Shown here one piece after another: positions 19,693 through 29,751 of a DNA stretch of 64,000 bases. A model generated the notes under the pieces. The model saw only the letters and a program-made list of their open reading frames with translations. It had not been told where the DNA came from and searched no databases. The DNA is from Phycisphaeraceae bacterium. GTDB taxonomy: Bacteria > Planctomycetota > Phycisphaerae > Phycisphaerales > Phycisphaeraceae. Where the stretch lies: positions 960,001 to 1,024,000 of the forward strand of contig OY771506.1 of the NCBI GenBank assembly GCA_963674705.1, in the 5' to 3' direction. Position numbers and translations under genes: made by a program. Position 1 is the stretch's first letter, and each line of letters begins with the position of its first letter.

Positions 19693-20892
19693 TTAAAACT
19701 GATTGCGGAACACGAGGTGCAGCTTGTGCACGATCTTCTCTGCTTTATCGCCCTTGCGTGCGGGCAATTCGGTATGGAAGAGTATGCGCTGTTGGCTGGA
19801 CTCGTCCGGATCGGGCTTGCCTTGGAAGGTTGTCTGGTCGCCGATCAACCATTCGCTCTGCATGTTGGACGGGGCGCCCGCCTCCATCCGCACGCTGTTG
19901 ACATGTTCGGCGATGTCCAGCACAACTGGCGCATCCTTGAAGTTTTCGATCTCATACTTCACGACGACATCGTAATGCGACAGGTTCCCACCGACCTTCG
20001 TACGGTCGACCCGTTCGATGGTGCGTTTGACGACGATGTCCTGCGCGACGCCGAGGTAGAGCTTCATCTTGTCGTCGATGGGTGTGAACTGGCCCCAGTC
20101 TTCGCCGGTGAACGCGGTGGTGCCGGCGCTGTCTTTCTGGAAGATGCGGACCTTGCCGTAGGGTAGAGCCGCATCACCGAGCTTGTGGTCTTTATCATTG
20201 ACAAGGACGTAGTGCATCGGCACGCGAACCTTCTTCTGAGCAAGATCGAGGTAGCCGAATTGTGCGAGGTCGCAGGTGTAGGTCTTCTTGATCGGGACGC
20301 CGGGTACTTTTTCGAGCAGGATTTCTTTTGTTTCGTTGAGCCCGATGGGTTTGCTGAAGTTGCCGCCGAAGCCCGCGGTGATCTGCGTGTCTTCATATTG
20401 TTCGTTGGCAAAGTTTTGTACGCGGATGTACTTAGAAAGCGTCAGCGTTGACTCGTCGCGTTCGGCAACCGCGCGGTAGTTGTAGCTTTTATCCAGACCG
20501 CCCAGCAGGTAGCTGATGCGTACGCGCACCGGACCGGAGTGTGAACTGGAGATATCCCAGATAAGGGCGTTTTCGCCGGGCGGGTAGTTGACGCTTAAAA
20601 CATTCACCTCAGGCGCTTTGCCGGAGACGCGCCCTTCGTACCCGATGACGCGGAACACGATCGTGCCGGGATCGATGTTCGTGTTCGCCCAGGAGAAGTC
20701 GACCTGGTTCGTGCCGGCGACAAGCGGGACGATGCGTTCTTCCTCGACCAGCGTCGCGTCTGCATGATCGAGTTGCACCTCGACACGCTCACGCACCGGC
20801 AGCGTGATGAGTTTAACCCGTGCAAGTGTCACCGTCGGCAATACCAGCGCAATCAACAAGGCCGGGATCGGCCACAACATCTTTTGTCTCAT
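19693..20892 (-). CDS. Secreted DUF4139-like protein (paralog of the downstream gene)
   Basis: ATG 20892 after GGGAG; signal peptide; shares FSWANT.IDP, ISYL..G and ALPYGKVRIF with its neighbour. Confidence 0.75.
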   Translation of the reverse strand: MRQKMLWPIPALLIALVLPTVTLARVKLITLPVRERVEVQLDHADATLVEEERIVPLVAGTNQVDFSWANTNIDPGTIVFRVIGYEGRVSGKAPEVNVLSVNYPPGENALIWDISSSHSGPVRVRISYLLGGLDKSYNYRAVAERDESTLTLSKYIRVQNFANEQYEDTQITAGFGGNFSKPIGLNETKEILLEKVPGVPIKKTYTCDLAQFGYLDLAQKKVRVPMHYVLVNDKDHKLGDAALPYGKVRIFQKDSAGTTAFTGEDWGQFTPIDDKMKLYLGVAQDIVVKRTIERVDRTKVGGNLSHYDVVVKYEIENFKDAPVVLDIAEHVNSVRMEAGAPSNMQSEWLIGDQTTFQGKPDPDESSQQRILFHTELPARKGDKAEKIVHKLHLVFRNQF

Positions 20893-20982
20893 GATAAAGC
20901 TCCCGTGTTTGGGCAATGTCACCCGACTGAGTATAGACGAATGAGGATGTGGGTTGTTCCAGGGGGAATTGGGGAATTTTAA

Positions 20983-21072
20983 AATCAGAAAAGCAGGAAA
21001 ACAGAAAAGCAGAAAATACGAGCCCCCTATACCGAATATTGTTCGAGCTTTAGAATCTAATTTTCTGCTTTT
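20983..21072. repeat. AGAAAAGC-type short inverted repeat element
   Basis: AGAAAAGCAGGAAAACAGAAAAGCAGAAAAT ... ATTTTCTGCTTTT; related units near 8742, 33053 and 35482. Confidence 0.65.
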
Positions 21073-22481
21073 TACCCCCACCCCAGCAGCCGTGCGGCCT
21101 GGGCGACGACGAAACAGACCGCGAAGGCGATCGCCAGTGGGCCCAGGGTGGCCAGCGTGGTCCAGCGTAGGCTACGGGTTTCTTTCCAGATCGTGATGAT
21201 CGTGGTCGCACAGGGGTTGTGCAACAGCGAGAAGAGCATGAGGTTGATCGCAGTAAGCATCGTCCAGCCGTGCTGATCGACCAGTACGTGGCGGAGGTGA
21301 TCCTGCGAGACGTCCTCGGTCATCATGCCCGTGCCGAGGTAGACCATAAGCATGGTAGGCACAACGATTTCGTTGGCGGGGATGGCGATGATGTAGGCGA
21401 GCAGGATCACGCCATCGAGCCCGAACACGTGGCCGAACGGATCGAGGAAGTCGGAGATGTGTGTTGCCAGTGATGCATCGGCGACGTTGATGTTGCCCAG
21501 CAGCCAGATGGCCGCACCGGCGGGCGCCGCGGTGGCGATGGCGCGCATCAACACGAAGAACGTGCGGTCGATCAGGGACGTGTAGATGATGCGCGGGATG
21601 TTGGGCCGACGGTAGGACGGCATCTCGAGCGTGAACGCGGAGGCCTCGCCCTTGAGCACAGTCCGCGATAAGAACGCTGAGACGATCAGCGTGGTAATTA
21701 CACCAATGACGACGATGGTCAGCACGGTGCCCGCCGCGATCGCTGAGGCGACGGTTGCGTTGTGGCCCGCCGCGACGAAAACGATCGCGATCATAATGAG
21801 CGTGGGGAATCGGCCGTTGCAGGGAACGAAGTTGTTGGTGAGGATCGCGATCAGGCGCTCGCGCGGCGAATCGATCACACGACAGGCGATCACGCCGGCG
21901 GCGTTACAGCCGAAGCCCATACTCATGGTCAGTGCCTGCTTGCCATGGCCGCCCGCTTTCTTAAATAGCCAGTCGAGGTTGAACGCGACGCGCGGCAGGT
22001 AGCCGAGGTCTTCGAGGATCGTAAAACATGGGAAGAAAATCGCCATCGGCGGGAGCATCACAGCGATGACCCACGCAAGCCCGCGATAAGTGCCGTGCCA
22101 GACGAAACCGGTGAGCCACCACGGCGCACCGAGCCAATTGAATAATGCTGCGCCTTTCGCTTCTACCCAGAACAAACCGGTCGCGAGCAACTCGGATGGG
22201 TAATTCGCGCCGACGATCGTCATCCAGAAGATCAGCCCGAGCAGCAGGATCATCAGGGGCAAGCCGAAGATCGGCGAGAGCACGATCTTGTCGATGAACA
22301 GGTCCAGGTCAAAGCGTTTGCCTACGCCACGCCTGACACTGCGGCCGGCGATGTCGGTGGCGTCGCGATAGATGCTTTCCACGACGCGGTCGCGGAAGCC
22401 TTCACCCAATGTGTGGCGCACACCTTCCGTGGCTTGCAGCAGATCGGCGACGGGTCTGGGCGCATAAGGGTCCAACTTCAT
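21072..22481 (-). CDS. feoB: FeoB membrane domain (split FeoB, C-terminal part)
   Basis: LEDLGYLPRVAF, MGFGCNAAG, FVPCNGRF, FTLEMPSYRRP, IPANEIV, LLHNPCATT. Confidence 0.92.
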   Translation of the reverse strand: MKLDPYAPRPVADLLQATEGVRHTLGEGFRDRVVESIYRDATDIAGRSVRRGVGKRFDLDLFIDKIVLSPIFGLPLMILLLGLIFWMTIVGANYPSELLATGLFWVEAKGAALFNWLGAPWWLTGFVWHGTYRGLAWVIAVMLPPMAIFFPCFTILEDLGYLPRVAFNLDWLFKKAGGHGKQALTMSMGFGCNAAGVIACRVIDSPRERLIAILTNNFVPCNGRFPTLIMIAIVFVAAGHNATVASAIAAGTVLTIVVIGVITTLIVSAFLSRTVLKGEASAFTLEMPSYRRPNIPRIIYTSLIDRTFFVLMRAIATAAPAGAAIWLLGNINVADASLATHISDFLDPFGHVFGLDGVILLAYIIAIPANEIVVPTMLMVYLGTGMMTEDVSQDHLRHVLVDQHGWTMLTAINLMLFSLLHNPCATTIITIWKETRSLRWTTLATLGPLAIAFAVCFVVAQAARLLGWG

Positions 22482-23281
22482 TGCGAACCCTCCAGCGCCA
22501 TCTTTCGGCTGAAGCGTTCGGTGGGTGCTTTCTGCTTTTCTGCAATCTGTGAGAGTTCGCCATCAATCAACGACTCGCGCACGCGCCAGTCGCCATCCAA
22601 TAGACGCATCGCGACCCAGCGCGCGTTCGGTAAACCCGGAGCGATTTCTTGAATCTTGGGCACCAGTTGATCCAATGCGTTGTTAACCTCGTCGCCGAGA
22701 TCGACGTGGTGCGCGTGTGTTTCGATTTCGCCGTTGATGACACCCGCTACCGTTTCGACCAGATATGACAAGCCGCGGCCGGAGCGCGCAGTCGCTGTCA
22801 CGACGGGTACGCCGAGGTCTTGCGATAACTGCTCGGCATCGATCTCGATACCTTTGCGCTTGGCTTCATCCATCAGGTTGACGCAAACCACGACTCGGTC
22901 GCTGATCTCAAGCACTTGCAGTATGAGGTTCAGGTTACGTTCGAGGCAGGTGGCGTCGGCGACGACGACGGTGCAGTCGGGCTGGCCGAAGAGAATGAAG
23001 TCGCGTGCGATCTGTTCGTCTTCAGAAGCGGACAGCAGCGAGTAGGTGCCGGGCAGGTCGACGAGTTTGTATGTTTTGTTGTCGTGGGTGAACCGGCCCT
23101 CAGCACGGGCGACGGTTTTGCCGGGCCAGTTGCCGGTGTGTTGACGCATGCCGGTCAGGGCGTTGAAGACGGTGCTTTTGCCGGTGTTCGGGTTGCCGGC
23201 GAGCGCGACGACGCCGTCGAAGTTTACGGGCGTTTGTCCATCGGCTGCGCCGCAGGTATTGCAGGTATCGCAGCTACTCAT
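22478..23281 (-). CDS. feoB: FeoB GTPase domain (split FeoB, N-terminal part)
   Basis: G1 GNPNTGKS, G2 NWPGKTV, G3 DLPG, G4 NLMD; ATGA overlaps with both neighbours; Cys-rich N-terminus SCDTCNTC. Confidence 0.93.
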   Translation of the reverse strand: MSSCDTCNTCGAADGQTPVNFDGVVALAGNPNTGKSTVFNALTGMRQHTGNWPGKTVARAEGRFTHDNKTYKLVDLPGTYSLLSASEDEQIARDFILFGQPDCTVVVADATCLERNLNLILQVLEISDRVVVCVNLMDEAKRKGIEIDAEQLSQDLGVPVVTATARSGRGLSYLVETVAGVINGEIETHAHHVDLGDEVNNALDQLVPKIQEIAPGLPNARWVAMRLLDGDWRVRESLIDGELSQIAEKQKAPTERFSRKMALEGSQ

Positions 23282-24306
23282 GACGCTACCCCCGTCCTGC
23301 TTTCAACATTGGCCGGCGCCGCTTCGATCAGGACTTTGTCTGCTTGTTCACGGCGGAGTGCGACCAGTGTGCCGCGTACGCGATAGGCTTTGGGATCGCG
23401 GAACATGCTTTGCCGTTCGGCGCGGATCGGTGTGCCGGGTGTCAGGCCGAGGTCAAGCAAACGCCTGCGATGAAAACCGCGCAGGCTCGGGTCGAATCCG
23501 CTGATGATCCCGTCCTGCTGATATGTCAGGGCGCTAAGCCGACGCACATCCGGCTGAACTTGCACCTCGGGTTTGACCGCATCGACGTACACATTACCCG
23601 CGATGACCGGCGGGACGACGCATTGGCGGTCATCAAAGGAAACCTGCAAGCCTTCGGAGGTCGCGCCATCGACGACCACGGTCTGCCCAGGAAGTAAGCC
23701 CAGGGCGATGATCTGGTTGAACACGCTGGGGGGCTCGTCTTCGAGGTGCGTGATGCGTGCGGCTTTGCCGCAGGGCCAGTCGGTGAGTGGTTTGCCGGCG
23801 AGCGCAGCGAGTCGGCCGTCGGCGGTGGGGATCGGGTCGCCGTGCGGGTCGTGACGTGGATGGCCCAGCGCGGCGTCGAGTTGGTCGACCTGTCTGCCAT
23901 CGCGTTGATGTTCGCGACGGTTGGCCTCGGCGTGGACACGGCTTAAAGGCATACCCGCCTCGTCCGCCAAGTATCGTTCCCACAAACGGTGGGCACGGAT
24001 CACGCTGACCGCAAGTTGTTTGCCGTCTTCGGTCAGTTCCAGACCTTTTGAGGTGGAGCGGATCAGGCCGTGCCGTTCGACATCCTCGATCACCTTAACG
24101 GCCCGGTGTGTCGACCAGCCGATCGCCCCAGCCGCGGAAGCAGCGGACGCGGCCTGCCCCTGCTGCTGACACGCGTGGATGTGCTTGAGCAGGTCTTCGA
24201 CGGCGTGGCGCTTCCGGCGTTGCGAGAAGCCGGAGAGCCAGCCCAGCAGGCGCCTGTAGCCTTTGGGTGGTGGGTTAACCGAATTTTGATTAGTCAAAGT
24301 TGCCAT
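23278..24306 (-). CDS. DtxR-family metal-binding protein fused to two FeoA domains
   Basis: EDLLKH, RAHRLWE, HAEANRREH, DPHGDPIP, then LGLLPG and RRLLDLGLTPG...DPKAYRVRG.LVALRREQA; ATG 24306 chosen. Confidence 0.85.
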   Translation of the reverse strand: MATLTNQNSVNPPPKGYRRLLGWLSGFSQRRKRHAVEDLLKHIHACQQQGQAASAASAAGAIGWSTHRAVKVIEDVERHGLIRSTSKGLELTEDGKQLAVSVIRAHRLWERYLADEAGMPLSRVHAEANRREHQRDGRQVDQLDAALGHPRHDPHGDPIPTADGRLAALAGKPLTDWPCGKAARITHLEDEPPSVFNQIIALGLLPGQTVVVDGATSEGLQVSFDDRQCVVPPVIAGNVYVDAVKPEVQVQPDVRRLSALTYQQDGIISGFDPSLRGFHRRRLLDLGLTPGTPIRAERQSMFRDPKAYRVRGTLVALRREQADKVLIEAAPANVESRTGVAS

Positions 24307-24427
24307 TTCGATAGTACGATATAATCTATGGGGCATAAGTCAAGCGCCTGGATATAAAGTCGGCCCAAAGAAGGTGGATATGCCTGTTTTATGCCGGGAT
24401 AGCCGGATACCTGGCCCGCCGGATCCC

Positions 24428-24460
24428 CCCGGACCTTCGCTCCGCTCAGGACCGGCGTTG
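24428..24460 (-). repeat. Inverted copy of the modular-repeat core
   Basis: CCCGGACCTTCGCTCCGCTCAGGACCGGCGTTG is the reverse complement of CAACGCCGGTTCTGAGCGAAGCGAAGGGCCGGG with 3 mismatches. Confidence 0.75.
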
Positions 24461-24509
24461 GATGGATGTGACTGACCAGACCCTGAACCCCAGAGCCTAG
24501 ACCCTAACT

Positions 24510-25172
24510 ATGCCCACAAGTACTGTTGAAGACTACCTTAAACAGCTCTACCTGCTGCAACAGGGCGGGGACCTGGTGCCGATGGGCAAACTCGCGACGG
24601 CGGTCGGCGTGACACCCGGGACGGCGACGTCCATGGTCAAGACGCTCAGCGAAGCGAACCTGGCGGAGTACGAACCGCGGGCAGGTGTGCGGCTGACGCC
24701 GTCCGGGATGAAGCTGGCGCTACAGGTGCTGCGCCGGCATCGACTGGTTGAGCTATTCCTCGTGCAGACGCTGGGACTCGACTGGTCGGAAGTTCATGAT
24801 GAGGCGGAGGAATTGGAGCACGCGATCTCGGACAAGGTGCTTGAGAAGATCGACCTCCTGCTGGGCCATCCCGATACCGACCCGCACGGCGACCCGATCC
24901 CCCCCGCTTCCGGCAGCAGGCCCAGGAATCAGAAACTCACGCCTTTGAATCAGTGCGCGGTTGACAGTATCGCGTGCGTTGCACGCATTACCGACCAGGG
25001 CGTCGACTACCTGCAATTCATCGACCGCCACGGCCTGATGCCCGGCGCGCGATTCACCGTCATCTCGCACACACTATCCGCCGACGCCATCACCGTTCAA
25101 CCAGACGGATGTGATCCCGTCACACTCGGATCGTCCGCGGCGATGAAGATTATGGTGAAGGTGGAGGAATAG
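24510..25172 (+). CDS. DtxR/MntR-family metal-dependent transcriptional regulator
   Basis: EDYLK, HTH, RRHRLVELFL, HDEAEELEH, DPHGDPIP, C-terminal FeoA/SH3-like domain. Confidence 0.93.
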   Translation: MPTSTVEDYLKQLYLLQQGGDLVPMGKLATAVGVTPGTATSMVKTLSEANLAEYEPRAGVRLTPSGMKLALQVLRRHRLVELFLVQTLGLDWSEVHDEAEELEHAISDKVLEKIDLLLGHPDTDPHGDPIPPASGSRPRNQKLTPLNQCAVDSIACVARITDQGVDYLQFIDRHGLMPGARFTVISHTLSADAITVQPDGCDPVTLGSSAAMKIMVKVEE

Positions 25173-25177
25173 TGGTT

Positions 25178-25305
25178 AATGTCGAATGCGCGAATGTCGA
25201 ATGACGAAAGAATGTCGAATGCTCAAATAACAAATCAGTTAGCTTTTTTGACATTTGTCATTGAGGTATTCTTTCGACATTCGTGGATTCGTCATTCGTG
25301 CATTC
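25178..25305. repeat. AATGTCG-heptamer inverted repeat element
   Basis: AATGTCGAATG units on the left and CATTCG/GACATT units on the right, between convergent genes. Confidence 0.7.
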
Positions 25306-25344
25306 TCAGGGCTCGCCCTCTTGACTTCTTAAATAGAGAAGTGG

Positions 25345-26862
25345 TCATCCCCGCAGTTTTTGGATAATCATCTGCGTGACGAGTTTGGGATTGGCCTGGC
25401 CCTTGCTGAGTTTCATGATCTGGCCCATCAGAGCGCCGACGGCTTTGTCTTTGCCCCCCCGGATATCTTCGATGGCTTTACTATTCTTTGAATCGGCGAG
25501 CACCTGGTCGACGAAGCCTTCCAGTGCGCCGGTGTCGGAGACCTGGAGCAGGCCTTGTTTTTCGGCGAGTGCTTCGGCGCTTTCATCGCTATCACAGCAG
25601 TAGGCGAAGAGGTCGGCGGCGGCGCTGGAGCCGATTTTGTCGGCAGCGGACAGGTCGGCGATGCCTTTGATCTGTTCGGCGGTGATGCCCAGTTCGTGCA
25701 CGCCGAGGTCACGTTCGTTGGCGAGTTTGGCTCCGTAGTTCAGGAGCATGGCAGCGGCGCGCTTGGCGTCCGTGCCGGCTTCGACACAGGCATCGAACAG
25801 GCGCGTCATGCCGGGCTCATCGAGGATCGTCGTGGCGTCGACATCAGAAAGCTTGAAGTCCGTGGTGTAGCGTTTTCGCTTGGCTTCGGGCAGTTCGCCG
25901 ACGGTTGCCTTGATATCGTTGAGCCGATCTTCATCGATCACGACGCTGACAAGGTCGGGGTCGGGGAAGTAGCGGTACTCATCGGCGTCTTCTTTTTCGC
26001 GCTGCGGGGTGGTGACACCTTTAGCATCATCCCAGCCTCGCGTGCTCTTGGCGCGGGCGCCCATCACCTTGCCGGTCTTGAGCCATTCTTCGACCTGGCG
26101 TTTATATTCGTGCGAGATCGCGCCGTGGACGGCTTTGAACGAGTTGAGGTTTTTAATCTCGACGACGGGTGTCTTGTAAACCTGGCCGTCCTTCTCGATG
26201 TGGACGTTGATGTTGGGTTCGAATCGCATGTGCCCGCGCTGCATGTCGCCCTCTGACACGCCGAGGTGCCGGCAGATATGGCGCAGCATTTGACCGAACG
26301 TGACGGCTTCATCGGGTGTGCGGAAGTCGGGTTCGGTGACGATTTCCAATAGCGGCGTGCCCGCGCGGTTCAGGTCGACAATCGAGTGGTCAATGGGGAT
26401 ACCGCCCGGCGCTTCGTGCATGAGTTTGCCGGCATCCTCTTCGAGGTGGGCACGCGTGATACGGATCGTACGCTTGTTGTCCGGATCGCTGCCGTCACCT
26501 GCGGGGATTTCCAGTGCGCCTTCGCCACAGAGCGGTTCATCGTACTGGCTGATCTGGTAGTTCTTGGGCAGGTCGGGGTAGTAGTAGCTCTTGCGGTCCC
26601 ACTTGGTTTTCTTCGCGATTTTGCAGCCCAGGGCCAGCCCGACGCGGACGGACATCTCGACGGCCTGTGCATTCATCACCGGCAACACGCCGGGCATGCC
26701 GATCACGACCGGGTCGAGCAGTGTATTGGGTTCGGCTTCGAAGTAATCTTTATGGGCAACGTTGGGGGCGCTGGTCCACATCTTGGAACGCGTAGCGAGT
26801 TCGACGTGGATTTCCATCCCGACAACGAGGGTGGTCTTTAAATCAGCAGGTGCGGTAGGCAT
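25345..26862 (-). CDS. gatB: Asp-tRNA(Asn)/Glu-tRNA(Gln) amidotransferase subunit B
   Basis: GMEIHVEL, DRKSYYYPDLPKNYQISQ, HLEEDAGK, DLNRAGTPLLEIVTEP, YRYFPDPDL, GQANP. Confidence 0.97.
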   Translation of the reverse strand: MPTAPADLKTTLVVGMEIHVELATRSKMWTSAPNVAHKDYFEAEPNTLLDPVVIGMPGVLPVMNAQAVEMSVRVGLALGCKIAKKTKWDRKSYYYPDLPKNYQISQYDEPLCGEGALEIPAGDGSDPDNKRTIRITRAHLEEDAGKLMHEAPGGIPIDHSIVDLNRAGTPLLEIVTEPDFRTPDEAVTFGQMLRHICRHLGVSEGDMQRGHMRFEPNINVHIEKDGQVYKTPVVEIKNLNSFKAVHGAISHEYKRQVEEWLKTGKVMGARAKSTRGWDDAKGVTTPQREKEDADEYRYFPDPDLVSVVIDEDRLNDIKATVGELPEAKRKRYTTDFKLSDVDATTILDEPGMTRLFDACVEAGTDAKRAAAMLLNYGAKLANERDLGVHELGITAEQIKGIADLSAADKIGSSAAADLFAYCCDSDESAEALAEKQGLLQVSDTGALEGFVDQVLADSKNSKAIEDIRGGKDKAVGALMGQIMKLSKGQANPKLVTQMIIQKLRG

Positions 26863-26924
26863 GGGGTGGTCAGGGTGTAGGGTGTAGGGTGTTCGGATTT
26901 TATCTTAACGGCGGGATCTAATTT

Positions 26925-28277
26925 TTATTGACTGCTGTATCGATTGCTGTCGATTTTTTTGCCTTCGATCAGGTCTTCGATATCCAGCGGGTGTCGGGGT
27001 GAGCCGGACATCAGTGCATTTTCTGTAATAAGCATGGGCAGCAGTGTCTGCTTGGAAACTTTGCCCAGCAGCGCGTAGATGCGCGTATCCAACTCGATCC
27101 GGTCGGCGATCCAGTCGTCCTCCGCCCCACGATCCATCTCCTTGTCCTCTTGCGTATCAAGCAACTTCCGGGCCTCTATCCGCGCGCGGGCGGGGGTGCG
27201 CTTCTGCTCATCCGTAATAAGAATCTTGTCGAACTCGGCCCACTTCTCCGGCGCGATGCGCCAGACGGCCAGCGAAGTCTTCGCCAAGTCACATGAATAT
27301 CGGTTGGTGGGGCTGGTATGCCTGACCAGCTTGTTGCATTTGCTATCCAGGGGCACGGGCAGGTAGACGATGGCAAGCTCGTTGCCATACTTTTGCTTGG
27401 TCTTCTCCAGCATCTCGTGAGTTTCACGGCAATGCGGGCAATTGTAGTCGAAGAGGATGACGATCACCTTTGGTGCATACGGATCACCGATGATCGGGAC
27501 TTTTGTCGTATCGACCGCGAACTTCCCGCCATAGAAGTTCAGCTTGCGTGGCTTGAGGTTGGCAGGCCGGGGATTGGTTCCGGTTGTATCCGTGTTGTCC
27601 GGTTCGTCCGACGAATCGAGTTTGAATACGTCCTCGTCGGCAGCATGACTGAGAGGATCGCCCAGTAGTGTGTCCGGCAAGTCGTCCAGTGCTTCTATTG
27701 AATCCAGGTCGACCGAGCTGTCGGCGTAATTAATAATCGCGTCCGCCCGCTCCGGGCCATTACCCATCACCTGGCCGACGATGAGCACCACAACCGCTAG
27801 TAGCGCCGCACCGGCCGCCGATGCAAAGCCTTTAACCCAACTCAAAGGTTGAACCATCAACAGGCACATCACGCCCGCCGCAGCAGCAGCCACGTGTGTC
27901 GTCATGCAGTAGATACAGAACATACGCATGATCCCGAATTGCACGACCGTGAACCATGCCGCCGCGATAATCGCTGTTATGCTACCAAATAGCAGCACCC
28001 AGTCGATTGCCCGTTGCGGGCGTATCGACTCCGGGTCTCGCATGACGGCTGTGCAGAGCATCGCGACGTACACACCCATCGCGAAGAGACTCACCGGGAC
28101 GCCCAGCCAACTCGACCACTTGCTGGTCAGTACCGTGTCGCAGCTCGATCCCCCGCCGCAGCCGGGCAATGCTTCGAGCGTCTGCGATTGATACAGCAAC
28201 AGGCCCGCGAACCCAGCAGCCAATGCCGCCAGGGCCACGGTTGTCCACTTCGCCGCCGCAGAAGTCCTGAAGTCCAT
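26925..28277 (-). CDS. VKOR-family membrane oxidoreductase fused to a DsbA/thioredoxin-like domain
   Basis: Loop Cys pair GCGGGSSC, active-site CIYC, acidic linker, Trx-fold FDYNCPHC; ATG 28277 chosen. Confidence 0.88.
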   Translation of the reverse strand: MDFRTSAAAKWTTVALAALAAGFAGLLLYQSQTLEALPGCGGGSSCDTVLTSKWSSWLGVPVSLFAMGVYVAMLCTAVMRDPESIRPQRAIDWVLLFGSITAIIAAAWFTVVQFGIMRMFCIYCMTTHVAAAAAGVMCLLMVQPLSWVKGFASAAGAALLAVVVLIVGQVMGNGPERADAIINYADSSVDLDSIEALDDLPDTLLGDPLSHAADEDVFKLDSSDEPDNTDTTGTNPRPANLKPRKLNFYGGKFAVDTTKVPIIGDPYAPKVIVILFDYNCPHCRETHEMLEKTKQKYGNELAIVYLPVPLDSKCNKLVRHTSPTNRYSCDLAKTSLAVWRIAPEKWAEFDKILITDEQKRTPARARIEARKLLDTQEDKEMDRGAEDDWIADRIELDTRIYALLGKVSKQTLLPMLITENALMSGSPRHPLDIEDLIEGKKIDSNRYSSQ

Positions 28278-28337
28278 AAGGCCTACGATTATAGGGTAAA
28301 ACCCGGGCAAACCAATGGCATCGACAATTGAAACAGA

Positions 28338-28488
28338 ATAACCACCGATGGACACAGATAAACACCGATTTTTGCCACCTGTTAAGTTGGGATAGCCAGT
28401 GTAAGACTTAAGTTAACCGAGTGATATTCAAACCAATTCGTAGGCTTTGAATCTGATCCGTGTTTATCCGTGTTCATCTGTGGCTAAT
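28338..28488. repeat. MITE-like inverted repeat element, copy 1
   Basis: CCACCGATGGACACAGATAAACACCGAT ... ATCCGTGTTTATCCGTGTTCATCTGTGG arms around an AT-rich spacer. Confidence 0.75.
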
Positions 28489-29706
28489 AACACCTGCTCG
28501 AAAATCGACCTCGAATCCGGCAGCTTCCAAGGCTTGCTTGAGCGATTGGATATGGTCGGCGTCCCGCGTCTCGACGAGGCAGTGGACGTTGACGCTGGAC
28601 ATGTCTTCGCCACTGAAAATCCGGTCGTGCGCAACCTCTTTGATCGACACGCGAGCTTCCGCCAGCACGGCCGTGAATCGGTTCAGCCCGCCGGGCCGAT
28701 CGCTGACTTTTGCGACAAACCGGCACAAGCGCCCGTCCGCCGCCAGGCCGTGCTCGATGACGCGGCCGAGCATCGTCGAATCGATATTCCCACCACACAA
28801 CGGCAAGACCACACGTTTGCCTTGCAGCTCCGGCAGTGCCCCCGCGATCAATGCCGCCAAGCCCGCAGCACCCGCCCCTTCGACCACACTTTTTTCTAAT
28901 TCGATACAGCGCAACACCGCCAACGCGATCGAGTGCTCATCAATGGTCACAACTTTGTCGACGTATTGCTTTGCTACCGCGAATGCGTTGTCGCCGACCT
29001 TGTTCACGAGCAGGCCGTCGGCGAGCGTTGATTTGGTGTCTACGCATACGGGTTTACCCGCTTTAAGCGCCGCGGTGAAACTCGGTGCGTTGGCGGGTTC
29101 AACGCCGAATACTTTCACATCGGGCTTTAGTGATTTAACCGCCAGTGCGATCCCGGCGATTAATCCCCCACCACCGATCGGGACAACGACGGCTTCGAGA
29201 TCGGGCACCTGTTCGACAATCTCGATACCGATCGTGCCTTGTCCTGCGATGACGGCCGGATCATCAAAGCCGTGTACGTGCGTTAATCCACGTTCTTTAG
29301 CCAGTACATCCACGTGTTCGCGTGCTTGTGCGTAGTCCTCACCATGCAATACAACCTGCGCGCCCATGGCCCGGCAACTGGCGACCTTGTTGATCGGCGC
29401 ATGCACCGGCATCACAACAGTTACCGGCACGCCCAACTTTTTGCCGTGATAAGACAAACCCTGCGAATGGTTCCCCGCTGACGCCGCGATGACGCCCTTC
29501 TTCTTCGCTTCATCGCCCAGCAGCATCAACGCATTGCGAGCGCCGCGTTCTTTAAAGCTGCCCGTGCGCTGGAGGTTTTCCAGCTTGCAATAAACATCGC
29601 ATCCCGCAACCTGCGATAGCGGTTGCGACTCCGGGCAAGGCGAAAGATATATCCCGCCGGCGATGCGTTTTGAGGCGTCTTGGATGTCCTGGAAGGTGAT
29701 AGGCAT
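28474..29706 (-). CDS. ilvA: Threonine ammonia-lyase with C-terminal ACT domain
   Basis: KLENLQRTGSFKERGA, SAGNH, PIGGGGLIAG, CGGNID, ACT DRPGGL. Confidence 0.92.
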   Translation of the reverse strand: MPITFQDIQDASKRIAGGIYLSPCPESQPLSQVAGCDVYCKLENLQRTGSFKERGARNALMLLGDEAKKKGVIAASAGNHSQGLSYHGKKLGVPVTVVMPVHAPINKVASCRAMGAQVVLHGEDYAQAREHVDVLAKERGLTHVHGFDDPAVIAGQGTIGIEIVEQVPDLEAVVVPIGGGGLIAGIALAVKSLKPDVKVFGVEPANAPSFTAALKAGKPVCVDTKSTLADGLLVNKVGDNAFAVAKQYVDKVVTIDEHSIALAVLRCIELEKSVVEGAGAAGLAALIAGALPELQGKRVVLPLCGGNIDSTMLGRVIEHGLAADGRLCRFVAKVSDRPGGLNRFTAVLAEARVSIKEVAHDRIFSGEDMSSVNVHCLVETRDADHIQSLKQALEAAGFEVDFRAGVISHR

Positions 29707-29751
29707 CTATCCATTATGGATAGCGTTGGTCTAAAAACCAAATGTGAAGAT

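Noticed and set aside
22478..22481. Split feoB as a frameshift pseudogene
   Set aside because: Clean ATGA coupling with an upstream GGAGG, and both halves keep all motifs
25179..25367. 62-aa ORF MSNARMSNDERMSNAQ
   Set aside because: Translation of the AATGTCG repeat element; overlaps the gatB end
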